Origin: Candidatus Saccharimonadota bacterium
GTDB taxonomy: Bacteria > Patescibacteriota > Saccharimonadia > Saccharimonadales > UBA4665
DNA: 32,000 nucleotides
Direction: 5' to 3'
NCBI GenBank assembly: GCA_016700375.1
Contig: CP065016.1
Location: 90,001-122,000, forward strand
Of this stretch, positions 1 to 7,595 are shown piece by piece. The notes beneath the pieces were generated by a model. The model ran no database searches. It was not told the origin of the DNA and saw only the letters and a program-made list of their open reading frames with translations. The translations under genes were made by a program, and so were the position numbers. Position 1 is the stretch's first letter. Each line of letters starts with the position of its first letter.

Positions 1-2213
1 CTGTTGTGGGTGGTATCGTGAAGGTTCAGAAGGAACTCGACGGCTTCCGCGTCGCCTTCTTTGACAGGCACAGACAGTATGAGTGGACGCAACTCGGCGG
101 GTAGGGGGACATCCTTTTTTGCGTAGTCAGTAAACATTGTGCGCATGGTGGCGAGGATTGCTTCGTCTTCGCCGTACGCGCCAAGCCCCAGTATGAGGCC
201 GCGAAGCTTTGTGTCGGCGGCAGATTCGTTTTTGCCCGGTTTCCAGCCAAGCCGCTTGTATTGTTGCTGCACTATGCTACGACTGAGGTGTTTTATGGCT
301 GGCTCGAGCGATTCGTCGAGGTCTACAAACCGCCGCACTTCGCTAGCAACCAGGCCGATGATATCCCAGACTGGCTCACTGGCTTCGTTTTCGTAGGCGG
401 TGAGGAGTCGTAATGTTTCGCCGTAGCTCTGGTGGCCCGCCCGAGCCAGCATAGCGCTGCTATTCAGTAGCATAAGTCTGTCAGCTTCGGCGAGCTGCTG
501 CGAGGCCACCTGCTGCTCTATGTATTTCTTGGTGTTTGTAGACTGGTAGTCGACGAGATAATGCCCGCGCGCTCCCATATTCACCATAACAGGACTGTCC
601 TTTGAAGCGGTCCATTTCACCTGGGATGTATCAAATACCTCTGGAGCGTTCACTTCGTTTGCAAATACCGGCACTGGCCACAGCCGGGTAGCATCGGCTT
701 TGCTGGGGTCGTCAAGAAAGTGCTCTTGGCTAAGAGAAATGTCCGTAGAGGTTTGGGCGACGTGTACGACCGGAAAGCCGGAACGCTGAAGCCACGGGTT
801 CATAAATGTGCCAACATCTTTTCTGCTGGCTGCGCTGAGCGCCGCCCAGAGGTCATCACCTCGGGTATTGCTGTAGGCGTGTTGGGTGAAATATGCGCTC
901 AGTCCTTTGCGGAATGCGGCTTCGCCGATGTAGTGCTTGAGCATATTTAGCAGCCGTCCGCCCTTGGCGTAGACGATGCTGCCGTCGAAAAGTGTGCTGA
1001 TTTCGTCTGGGTGGTGTACGTCGACATGAACGGACTGTACGCCGTAGGTGGCGTCGCGCCGGAAGGCAGCCAGACCCTCGCTCGCAATAAACTGGTTCCA
1101 AACCTCCCACTGTGGGAACATGGCGTCGACCGCTTGGTATTCCATCATGTTGGCAAAGGATTCATTGAGCCACAGGTCGTCCCACCAGCGCATAGTCACG
1201 AGGTTGCCGAACCATTGGTGGCTGGTTTCGTGTGCCACCACCAGCGCAATGTATTCGCGTATACCTTGACTTGTCTGGCCGGGGTAGTCTAGTAAAACTC
1301 GCTCTCGGTAGGTTATAAGTCCCCAGTTTTCCATGGCACCGCTAGAAAAGTCTGGCAGGGCAACATGGTCGGCCTTGGGCAGTGGGTACGGTACGCCGAA
1401 ATAATCTTCAAAATATTCTATGCTGCGCGTAGCGACATCGAGTGCAAAGTCGAGCGACTCCGCTGGCTGTACTGTGGTGGCCCACACATTGACATCCACG
1501 CCAGATTTGGTTTTGGCAGATTTCTTGTGTAGGTTTCCCGTGACGAACGCCAGGAGGTAGGTGCTCATACGTGGTGTTGGTTGAAAGGTAGTTTGTAGTC
1601 GGTAGTTAGTAGTTTGTAGATGCCCAGATGTAGAACTGGCGCCTTTGACTCCTCGACTCCTTGACTCTTTGATTCCCCCTTGTTCCGCTATAGGTGTGTT
1701 GCTTAAAACCTGCACCCCCTCCTGCGTCATGAGCGTAAGCTCGAACACCGCCTTTGCTTCTGGCTCGTCTATGCACGGGAAGGCTTCGCGCGCATGGTGA
1801 CTCTCGAACTGAGTGGCAAACAACTTCTGTTCCTTGCCATCTGCGTCTTTCCAATAGCAGGGGTATATGCCGGTCATGCCGTCGGTGATTTTGCCTTCGA
1901 ACTCCATGGTCACTGTGTATTCGCCAGGGTACGCCATGCTTTCGGTATGCAGGCGCACTTCTTGGAAAGATTTGTGGTGGTTTATACGTGCGAGGGGTAG
2001 TTCTGCTTCGCCCTTTTTGTCTCGTCTTACTATTTTCCCAGAGGTGACCTTCACCCCATTTGCATGAAACGTTAGCCGCTGGCTGGGCCGCCCCACCTTT
2101 TTCCCGGCCACAACAACACGCCCTGAAAACCGCATGCTGTCTTCATCGAGCCGGATTTCCAGCTCATACTTTTCCGGCTGAAACTGGGTATATAAACGAG
2201 TAACTTTTTTCAT
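1..2213 (-). CDS. pepN: M1-family aminopeptidase N (start codon in window; 3' end runs off the window start)
   Basis: Manual reverse translation from ATG (complement of 2211-2213) gives one uninterrupted frame to position 1: MKKVTRLYTQFQPEKYELEI... It contains GAMEN (SSGAMENWGL) and HETSHQWFGNLVTMRWWDDLWLNESFA (HExxH-X18-E zincin signature). It is absent from the ORF track, presumably because no stop codon lies in the window. The frame was checked codon by codon through 1561-1800. Confidence 0.9.
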   Translation of the reverse strand, partial: MKKVTRLYTQFQPEKYELEIRLDEDSMRFSGRVVVAGKKVGRPSQRLTFHANGVKVTSGKIVRRDKKGEAELPLARINHHKSFQEVRLHTESMAYPGEYTVTMEFEGKITDGMTGIYPCYWKDADGKEQKLFATQFESHHAREAFPCIDEPEAKAVFELTLMTQEGVQVLSNTPIAEQGGIKESRSRGVKGASSTSGHLQTTNYRLQTTFQPTPRMSTYLLAFVTGNLHKKSAKTKSGVDVNVWATTVQPAESLDFALDVATRSIEYFEDYFGVPYPLPKADHVALPDFSSGAMENWGLITYRERVLLDYPGQTSQGIREYIALVVAHETSHQWFGNLVTMRWWDDLWLNESFANMMEYQAVDAMFPQWEVWNQFIASEGLAAFRRDATYGVQSVHVDVHHPDEISTLFDGSIVYAKGGRLLNMLKHYIGEAAFRKGLSAYFTQHAYSNTRGDDLWAALSAASRKDVGTFMNPWLQRSGFPVVHVAQTSTDISLSQEHFLDDPSKADATRLWPVPVFANEVNAPEVFDTSQVKWTASKDSPVMVNMGARGHYLVDYQSTNTKKYIEQQVASQQLAEADRLMLLNSSAMLARAGHQSYGETLRLLTAYENEASEPVWDIIGLVASEVRRFVDLDESLEPAIKHLSRSIVQQQYKRLGWKPGKNESAADTKLRGLILGLGAYGEDEAILATMRTMFTDYAKKDVPLPAELRPLILSVPVKEGDAEAVEFLLNLHDTTHN
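1588..1676. repeat. Two adjacent short tandem arrays inside pepN: period-7 GTAGTTT-like units (1588-1636) and period-8 TTGACTCC-like units x4 (1645-1676)
   Basis: Plus strand reads GTAGTTT GTAGTCG GTAGTTA GTAGTTT GTAGATG cccagat GTAGAAC, then TTGACTCC TCGACTCC TTGACTCT TTGATTCC. On the coding strand this translates in frame as GGIKESRSRGVKGASSTSGHLQTTNYRLQTT. Confidence 0.85.
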
Positions 2214-2231
2214 ATCCTATAGTGTACAGTA

Positions 2232-2260
2232 TTGAATTATATAACATATTATGCTATAAT
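2232..2260 (+). promoter_or_regulatory. Sigma-70-type promoter: -35 TTGAAT (2232-2237), 17-nt spacer, extended -10 TGCTATAAT (2252-2260)
   Basis: Read directly. The ATG at 2270 lies 9 nt after the -10, so the 5'UTR would be 0-3 nt. Confidence 0.55.
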
Positions 2261-2269
2261 TATATCAAT

Positions 2270-3028
2270 ATGACGGCGTATACGTTAGCTCAGAAAAAAG
2301 GGTATCCAGCAGTACAAGTTCACCCGCAAGTAAGTGAGCTAATAGATGGTTTTAGGCATAACCAAGAAGTCTATGTTGAATTATTGGCGCAAAGCGGCTG
2401 TTCTGCCGATGATAGAGAAAGCCTCCAAATAGTTTACCAACCTTTTTCTGAAATATTACGACAGAGGGTTCAAAAGCGTGGCAAGATGTATGAGTCAGAT
2501 GCGGATTATTTCTCAACAAAAGGAGATTATTTATTTGGCTCAAGACGAATACGCATATTTGCGGGTCATAATCTAGCATGGGACGATGACGAGGCGAGCT
2601 ACGTGGATACGAGAAGTTTGAATAATACGCTTCTTCACGAGACAGGACACTTTGTCGACGATGTTATAAATGGTAAAAAAGGTAGGCATATTAGCGAAAG
2701 AGCAGCTGATAAGGTTGGCATTTTTGGGCTTGAGTTAGCAAGAGCATCAGTACAACTTGGTAAAGGTAAATTCATCGAGCAACTTCACCCATTTTATCTC
2801 GGCATGCCCCTACAGGCTGCTGCTATAGTTGCTGGAGCTACTGTCGTTGGTTCGCTAACGGCAGTAGTTGGAGATGGTCTTATGAAGTATACATATTCAA
2901 AAAGTCCGATAGAACGGTTTGCGAACAATTTTCAGCAAAAGCATGAAGCCTATTGGATAATCGACGGGAGTGCGCCAGTGTTTAACATAGTTGAAGCAGT
3001 TAAAAAATATGCACTTAGTGAAGAATAA
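2270..3028 (+). CDS. Hypothetical protein with HExxH zincin motif (LLHETGHFV) and a C-terminal hydrophobic segment
   Basis: ORF track 2222-3028. I prefer the in-frame ATG at 2270 (MTAYTLAQKKG...) because the promoter at 2232-2260 lies inside the longer ORF. The HETGH motif and the hydrophobic stretch LQAAAIVAGATVVGSLTAVVG were seen in translation. Visibly AT-richer than its neighbours. Confidence 0.6.
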   Translation: MTAYTLAQKKGYPAVQVHPQVSELIDGFRHNQEVYVELLAQSGCSADDRESLQIVYQPFSEILRQRVQKRGKMYESDADYFSTKGDYLFGSRRIRIFAGHNLAWDDDEASYVDTRSLNNTLLHETGHFVDDVINGKKGRHISERAADKVGIFGLELARASVQLGKGKFIEQLHPFYLGMPLQAAAIVAGATVVGSLTAVVGDGLMKYTYSKSPIERFANNFQQKHEAYWIIDGSAPVFNIVEAVKKYALSEE

Positions 3029-3044
3029 TATGCATAATAAGGCG

Positions 3045-3073
3045 TTGACAGATTTACTAAAGGCATATAGTAT
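3045..3073 (+). promoter_or_regulatory. Candidate nusA promoter: -35 TTGACA (3045-3050), 17-nt spacer, -10 TAGTAT (3068-3073)
   Basis: Read directly from the sequence. Confidence 0.5.
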
Positions 3074-3089
3074 AGAACTTGTTAGGTCG

Positions 3090-3109
3090 GCCGGCAGGTC
3101 GGCTTTTTT
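3090..3109 (+). terminator. Weak intrinsic-terminator/attenuator-like element (GCCG/CGGC stem plus T6) in the nusA leader
   Basis: GCCG (3090-3093) pairs with CGGC (3100-3103), followed by TTTTTT (3104-3109). It overlaps the direct repeat AGGTCGGC x2 (3084-3091, 3096-3103). The stem is short, so confidence is low. Confidence 0.35.
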
Positions 3110-3170
3110 CGTAAGGTAACACAAATTGTCACATGTGATAGGATAAATGATAAAGGGAGCATAGCGACTC

Positions 3171-4325
3171 ATGGATATGGATTTTAAACAACTAGCAGTA
3201 GCTATTCAGGCTATAGCCGAAGAAAAGAATTTGCCGGAAGATACGGTAAAAGAAGTGGTAGAGCAGGCGCTTGCGGCAGCCTACCGGCGCGATTATGGTG
3301 AGCGTGAACAAGAAGTGCGCGTGAGCATGAACTTGCACAGCGGTGAAGTAGATGCGTACGTCAGCAAAGAAGTGGTAGAGAAAGTTGGTGACGAAGATTT
3401 TGAAATAAGCCTAGACGATGCCAAGAAGCTTAAGAAAGATGTGGCCATTGGCGAGTTTGTTGAGCTGCACGAAAAGGTAACCACCTTTGGCCGCGTGGCA
3501 GCGCAGACCGCCAAGCAGGTTATATTGCAGCGTTTGCGCGAAGCAGAACGTGAGATTGTGCTTGCCGAGTATGAAGACAAAATCGGCACTGTCATCAACG
3601 CTATGGTCAGCCGTGTTGAGGGCATGATTGTCCGGCTGGAACTGGGCAAGGCGCAGGGTATTATGCCCAAGAGCGAACAGATTCAGGGTGAGCGCTACTA
3701 CCCAAGCCAGCGGCTCAAGGTGTTCCTAAAAGATGTCGAACGAGGCCCTCGCGGTCCGCAGCTCGTCGTTTCACGAGGAAACACACAGTTTATGGAGTGG
3801 CTGTTCCGCGCCGAGGTACCAGAAATGGATGCCGGTGCGGTGGAAATAAAGAACATTGCCCGTGAGGCTGGTGTTCGCAGCAAAATTGCGGTTGCTAGCA
3901 CCGTGCCAGGTGTAGACCCAGTGGGAACATTCGTTGGCGGCCATGGGACGCGTGTGAATGCGGTTGTGGGTGAAGTGGGCGAACAGGAAAAGATTGACAT
4001 AATTGTCTTTGCCGAAGACACAGCGCAGTACATTATGAACGCGCTCAGCCCGACTAAAGTAAACCGCGTCGTCATAGATGAAGCTGCCAAGCGCGCCAAA
4101 GTATTTGTGCCAGAAGACCAGTTAAGCATTGCCATTGGCCGTGGTGGTCAAAACGTACGGCTTGCCAGCAAACTTGTTGGCTATGAGCTCGATATAGAGG
4201 CAGAGAATGCGCCCGTAGTTGAAGGCGAACCACAGGTGAAAGAGCTGCCAAAACAGCCGCGCCTCAAGAAAAAAGAACAACTCGAGAGCTCCCTCCTAGA
4301 CGCCATCGAAGAACACGGGGAATAA
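3171..4325 (+). CDS. nusA: Transcription termination/antitermination factor NusA
   Basis: 384-aa ORF with an N-terminal NusA domain, an S1-like region (GTVINAMVSRVEGMIVRLELGKAQGIMP) and KH regions (IAIGRGGQNVRLASKLVGYELDI). SD AAGGGAG lies upstream. The start could instead be the ATG at 3177. Confidence 0.93.
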   Translation: MDMDFKQLAVAIQAIAEEKNLPEDTVKEVVEQALAAAYRRDYGEREQEVRVSMNLHSGEVDAYVSKEVVEKVGDEDFEISLDDAKKLKKDVAIGEFVELHEKVTTFGRVAAQTAKQVILQRLREAEREIVLAEYEDKIGTVINAMVSRVEGMIVRLELGKAQGIMPKSEQIQGERYYPSQRLKVFLKDVERGPRGPQLVVSRGNTQFMEWLFRAEVPEMDAGAVEIKNIAREAGVRSKIAVASTVPGVDPVGTFVGGHGTRVNAVVGEVGEQEKIDIIVFAEDTAQYIMNALSPTKVNRVVIDEAAKRAKVFVPEDQLSIAIGRGGQNVRLASKLVGYELDIEAENAPVVEGEPQVKELPKQPRLKKKEQLESSLLDAIEEHGE

Positions 4326-4330
4326 CAATC

Positions 4331-4352
4331 AGAGAACCAAGATAGGTTCTCT
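4331..4352 (+). terminator. Hairpin downstream of nusA (AGAGAACC-aagata-GGTTCTCT)
   Basis: Perfect 8-bp stem at 4331-4338/4345-4352 with a 6-nt loop, followed by only a weak T-tract (TATTG). Confidence 0.45.
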
Positions 4353-4471
4353 TATTGCGTGGGGCCGCTTCGCCGCAGCTTCAACTTCTCTTTCCTGAAA
4401 GTTATAAAAGTATACCCAAAGTAAATTTAAGTATACCTTTGAATTATTTTGGAGTATATAATTATAAGACA

Positions 4472-4876
4472 ATGAGTTTTAGACCAGAAGATTACCCCGG
4501 CGAGAAACCCGAAGAATGGTACGACAAGTGGCCCGGGATGATAGTGGGGCATGTATCTTTGCTACGAGACATGCTGAAGCCTGAGTGGGTACGGCCAGCA
4601 CACTGTGTCCCAAAAATATTTTTTCCGGTAGGTGATTGGGTAGGAGGTTACTGGGTTGAAAGTAGCGCAGTTGGAAGGGGTATTGTTTTGGGTCTGGATG
4701 AACATAATCCTGACGATCCAACCGTAACGCTCGGAGATTATCTGGTATTAGATACGGAAGATGGTGACCCGAACGGCAGAATTATCAACAGGGAAGATAT
4801 AGCGGTTATTAGCCTAAAGCGTATTGGTCCAATGATTGGTGCCGCAGCTCCACCCGAAATGTGGAAAGAAGATTAG
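4472..4876 (+). CDS. Hypothetical protein (134 aa), no recognisable motif
   Basis: ORF track 4355-4876. The internal ATG at 4472 (MSFRPEDYPGEKPEEWYDKW...) is preferred because the upstream part is an AT-rich promoter-like stretch. The stop TAG (4874-4876) lies inside the CIRCE left arm. Confidence 0.5.
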   Translation: MSFRPEDYPGEKPEEWYDKWPGMIVGHVSLLRDMLKPEWVRPAHCVPKIFFPVGDWVGGYWVESSAVGRGIVLGLDEHNPDDPTVTLGDYLVLDTEDGDPNGRIINREDIAVISLKRIGPMIGAAAPPEMWKED

Positions 4877-4899
4877 CACTCTTGACGGGGGAGTGCTAA
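4873..4899. promoter_or_regulatory. CIRCE (HrcA operator) inverted repeat, perfect match: TTAGCACTC-N9-GAGTGCTAA
   Basis: TTAGCACTC (4873-4881), ttgacgggg (9 nt), GAGTGCTAA (4891-4899). Identical to the established CIRCE consensus. Confidence 0.85.
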
Positions 4900-4910
4900 T
4901 TTTGTACACT
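4882..4910 (+). promoter_or_regulatory. Promoter nested in CIRCE: -35 TTGACG (4882-4887), 17-nt spacer, -10 TACACT (4905-4910); drives clpC
   Basis: The -35 hexamer forms the CIRCE spacer and the right arm lies in the promoter spacer. This is the classic HrcA-repressible arrangement. Confidence 0.6.
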
Positions 4911-4992
4911 GATTGTACTGCTTTCGAGGATTGTCATTCCCGCGAAGCGGAAATCCAGTTTCATTAATTTGGCAACGCCAAAGACAATCTCC

Positions 4993-5030
4993 ACTCTTGA
5001 CTCATGACTCATATCTCATGACTCTATGAG
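4993..5030. repeat. Period-7 tandem array in the clpC leader: ACTCTTG ACTCATG ACTCATA TCTCATG ACTCTAT
   Basis: Five heptamer units read directly, ending about 5 nt before the clpC SD (GAAGGAG, 5035-5041). Confidence 0.8.
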
Positions 5031-5047
5031 CGACGAAGGAGCGAACT

Positions 5048-7531
5048 ATGCAACCAGACTATCAAGAATTCTCTAATTACCTGACCGAAAACGCGCGCCG
5101 TAGTCTCGCACACGCTGGTACAATTGCTCGTGGTCTTGGTGATGCTTACATTGGTACCGAGCACTTGTTACTCGGTGTTATGGCGCAAGATGGCAGTTTG
5201 GGCGGAAAAATCCTCGAAGATGCGGGCGTTACCCTTAGCAAGGCGCAGGTTGCACTCAAGCTGTCGCCAAAAAACATTGTTATAAATATGGGCGCTAAAG
5301 GCTACAGCGAAACAGCAAAACTGACCCTTCGCATGGCCTACGATGTTGCGCAGGACTACGGCCAAGATTTCTGTGGTACAGAACATATTCTGTATAGTTT
5401 GCTTAGTCAAAAAAATTCTCGCGCAAGTGTTTTGCTGCGCGATATGAACGTAAACACCGACAGTATTGTCCGCGAGCTCGAAAACTTCCTGAGTCGCCAG
5501 TTTGACGATGCAGACCACGAAACCGTGGAGCCTGGTTCGCGGCGAACATCCCGAAAAACCCAGCGCAGCAGCAAAAGTATGCTTGACCAGTTTGGCACCG
5601 ATTTGACGGCGCAGGCGCGCGGCGGCAAGCTTGACCCGGTGGTAGGCCGCGAGCCGCAGATTAAACGAGTGGTGACCATACTAAACCGGCGCACAAAAAA
5701 CAATCCGGTGCTCATAGGTGAGCCAGGTGTTGGCAAAACGGCCATAGTCGAGGGTCTCGCGCAACGAATTATTAACGAAGATGTTCCGGACAGTTTGCTC
5801 GACAAACGTATTGTTATGCTCGACCTTGCTGCCATGGTCGCCGGTACAAAATACCGTGGAGAGTTTGAAGAACGGCTTAAAAAAGTCATGGCTGAGCTAG
5901 AGGGAGATAAGCGCACCGTTGTGTTCATAGATGAGCTTCATCTTATTGTTGGTGCTGGTGCGGCCGAGGGCTCTATGGACGCAGGTAACATTCTGAAGCC
6001 TGCGCTGGCTCGCGGAAAAATTCAGGTTATTGGGGCAACAACAACGGCGGAGTACACGAAACATGTCGAGAAAGACGCAGCACTTGAGCGGCGTTTCCAG
6101 CCTATCCAAGTGCCAGAAACAACCGTCCCGGAAACTATTGCCATACTGAAGGGGCTGCGAAAACATTATGAAGAGTTCCACGGAGTCAGCATTAGTGACG
6201 AGGTTATCGACGACACCGTAAACTTTGCCAAGCGTTACATTCAAGACAGGTTTATGCCAGACAAGGCAATTGATTTGCTGGACGAGACTGCAGCTGCCTT
6301 GCGTGTAGAGAAGGGCAAGACGAGTCCAGAGGTACGCAAGCTCCAAAAGGAACTGAAACTAGTAAATGCACGCATAGATGACGCAGTCGACCTAGAAGAT
6401 TATGAACGTGCTGCCCGTAGCAAAACCAGAGCTTCACAGATTCAGAAGCAACTCGATGAGCTGTACAAAACCACCAAAACAGGCAAACAGCTTGTCATGA
6501 CTAGCGACAATGTTGCAGAGGTTGTCTCGCGTATTACGGGTGTACCGGTTCGAAAGGTCATAAAAAGCGAGGCAAAGTATTTGCTGCAGCTCGAAAAGAA
6601 CATAGCCCGGCATGTAATTGGTCAAACAGAGGCAGTCGAAGTAGTGAGCCGAGCAATTCGGCGGAACCGAAGTGGTATAAGCGCAGCCAGCCGACCGATT
6701 GGCTCTTTTATATTCCTTGGTCCGACAGGAGTCGGTAAGACCGAACTAGCGAGGGTGCTGGCAAGAGAATTCTTTGGTTCGGAGAGTGCGCTCATAAAAA
6801 TTGATATGAGTGAATTTGGCGAACACCACAATGTTTCAAGGCTGGTGGGTGCCCCAGCCGGCTATGTTGGTTATGACGACGGCGGGCAGCTCACCGACAA
6901 AATTCGTCGGCAGCCATACAGTCTCGTGCTTTTTGACGAAATAGAAAAAGCGCACCCAGATGTATTCAATATGCTGCTGCAGGTTCTTGAAGACGGCTAT
7001 CTGACCGACGCAAAAGGTCGCCGAATTGATTTCACAAACACCATAGTTATTATGACCAGTAACATTGGTGCTGACAAGCTCCAGAAAGAGGCAGCCCTAG
7101 GCTTTCAGGCTGGACGCAGGGCAGACTTTGATGACCTCGACGCTATGCATGAACAAAACAAAGATGACGTCATGGCTCGGCTGAAAAAAGAGCTGCGACC
7201 CGAACTGCTCAACCGAATAGACAAGGTTGTCGTTTTTCGGGGTCTTACGAAAAAAGACATCTACCGTATCATAGACCTGCAAGTCGAAGAGCTCCGCAAA
7301 CGCCTGCAGAAACACGGCGTCAGCGTCCAACTCACCACCGGCGCAAAACAATATTTGCTTGAACATGGCTACGATGCGAAAAACGGTGTTCGTCCCTTGC
7401 GCCGGCTCATTCAAGACACCATAGAAGACCAGCTGGCTCTCGATATCCTCGACGACAAATATACCAAAGGCGATATTATCCACGTCGGTTCGCGTGATGA
7501 TTCGCTCACCTACGCCACGCACGCCGAGTAG
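5048..7531 (+). CDS. clpC: ATP-dependent Clp protease ATP-binding subunit ClpC (class III Hsp100)
   Basis: 827 aa. It has two Clp_N repeats, Walker A motifs GEPGVGKT and GPTGVGKT, and a short UVR-type middle domain ([25 protein letters not shown]) rather than the long ClpB M-domain. A ClpP-docking LGF loop is present (EAALGFQAG). Confidence 0.92.
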   Translation: MQPDYQEFSNYLTENARRSLAHAGTIARGLGDAYIGTEHLLLGVMAQDGSLGGKILEDAGVTLSKAQVALKLSPKNIVINMGAKGYSETAKLTLRMAYDVAQDYGQDFCGTEHILYSLLSQKNSRASVLLRDMNVNTDSIVRELENFLSRQFDDADHETVEPGSRRTSRKTQRSSKSMLDQFGTDLTAQARGGKLDPVVGREPQIKRVVTILNRRTKNNPVLIGEPGVGKTAIVEGLAQRIINEDVPDSLLDKRIVMLDLAAMVAGTKYRGEFEERLKKVMAELEGDKRTVVFIDELHLIVGAGAAEGSMDAGNILKPALARGKIQVIGATTTAEYTKHVEKDAALERRFQPIQVPETTVPETIAILKGLRKHYEEFHGVSISDEVIDDTVNFAKRYIQDRFMPDKAIDLLDETAAALRVEKGKTSPEVRKLQKELKLVNARIDDAVDLEDYERAARSKTRASQIQKQLDELYKTTKTGKQLVMTSDNVAEVVSRITGVPVRKVIKSEAKYLLQLEKNIARHVIGQTEAVEVVSRAIRRNRSGISAASRPIGSFIFLGPTGVGKTELARVLAREFFGSESALIKIDMSEFGEHHNVSRLVGAPAGYVGYDDGGQLTDKIRRQPYSLVLFDEIEKAHPDVFNMLLQVLEDGYLTDAKGRRIDFTNTIVIMTSNIGADKLQKEAALGFQAGRRADFDDLDAMHEQNKDDVMARLKKELRPELLNRIDKVVVFRGLTKKDIYRIIDLQVEELRKRLQKHGVSVQLTTGAKQYLLEHGYDAKNGVRPLRRLIQDTIEDQLALDILDDKYTKGDIIHVGSRDDSLTYATHAE

Positions 7532-7579
7532 CTTTTAAACCGTATTCGTTGGCATATTGCTGCCCTGGCTGGCCCCTCT

Positions 7580-7588
7580 TGCTATAAT
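7580..7588 (+). promoter_or_regulatory. Extended -10 TGCTATAAT, 7 nt upstream of the ATG at 7596
   Basis: Read directly. No SD fits between the -10 and the ATG. Confidence 0.5.
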
Positions 7589-7595
7589 TAAACCA

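Noticed and set aside
2222-2269. Longer ORF-track N-termini (2222, 4355, 7557, 13379, 21370, 24806, 25952, 26595)
   Set aside because: The extra codons run through recognisable promoters or SDs, or through the preceding gene, and give atypical N-termini. Downstream in-frame starts restore canonical N-termini (RsmD, TyrRS, HisD) or fit the promoter geometry.
4936-4953. Short hairpin ATTCCCGCGAAGCGGAAAT in the clpC leader, considered as a dispersed palindromic element
   Set aside because: The stem is imperfect (4 bp solid), there is only a single copy in the window, and it has no distinguishing context. That is insufficient to call a repeat family.
4993-5030. The clpC-proximal heptamers read in reverse (AGTCATG AGTCAAG) as a CtsR operator
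   Set aside because: The CtsR box is a heptad direct repeat with 3-nt spacing (period 10) and an A/GGTCAAA core. Here the period is 7, the match is limited to GTCA(A), no ctsR is seen upstream of clpC, and a perfect CIRCE already occupies the promoter.
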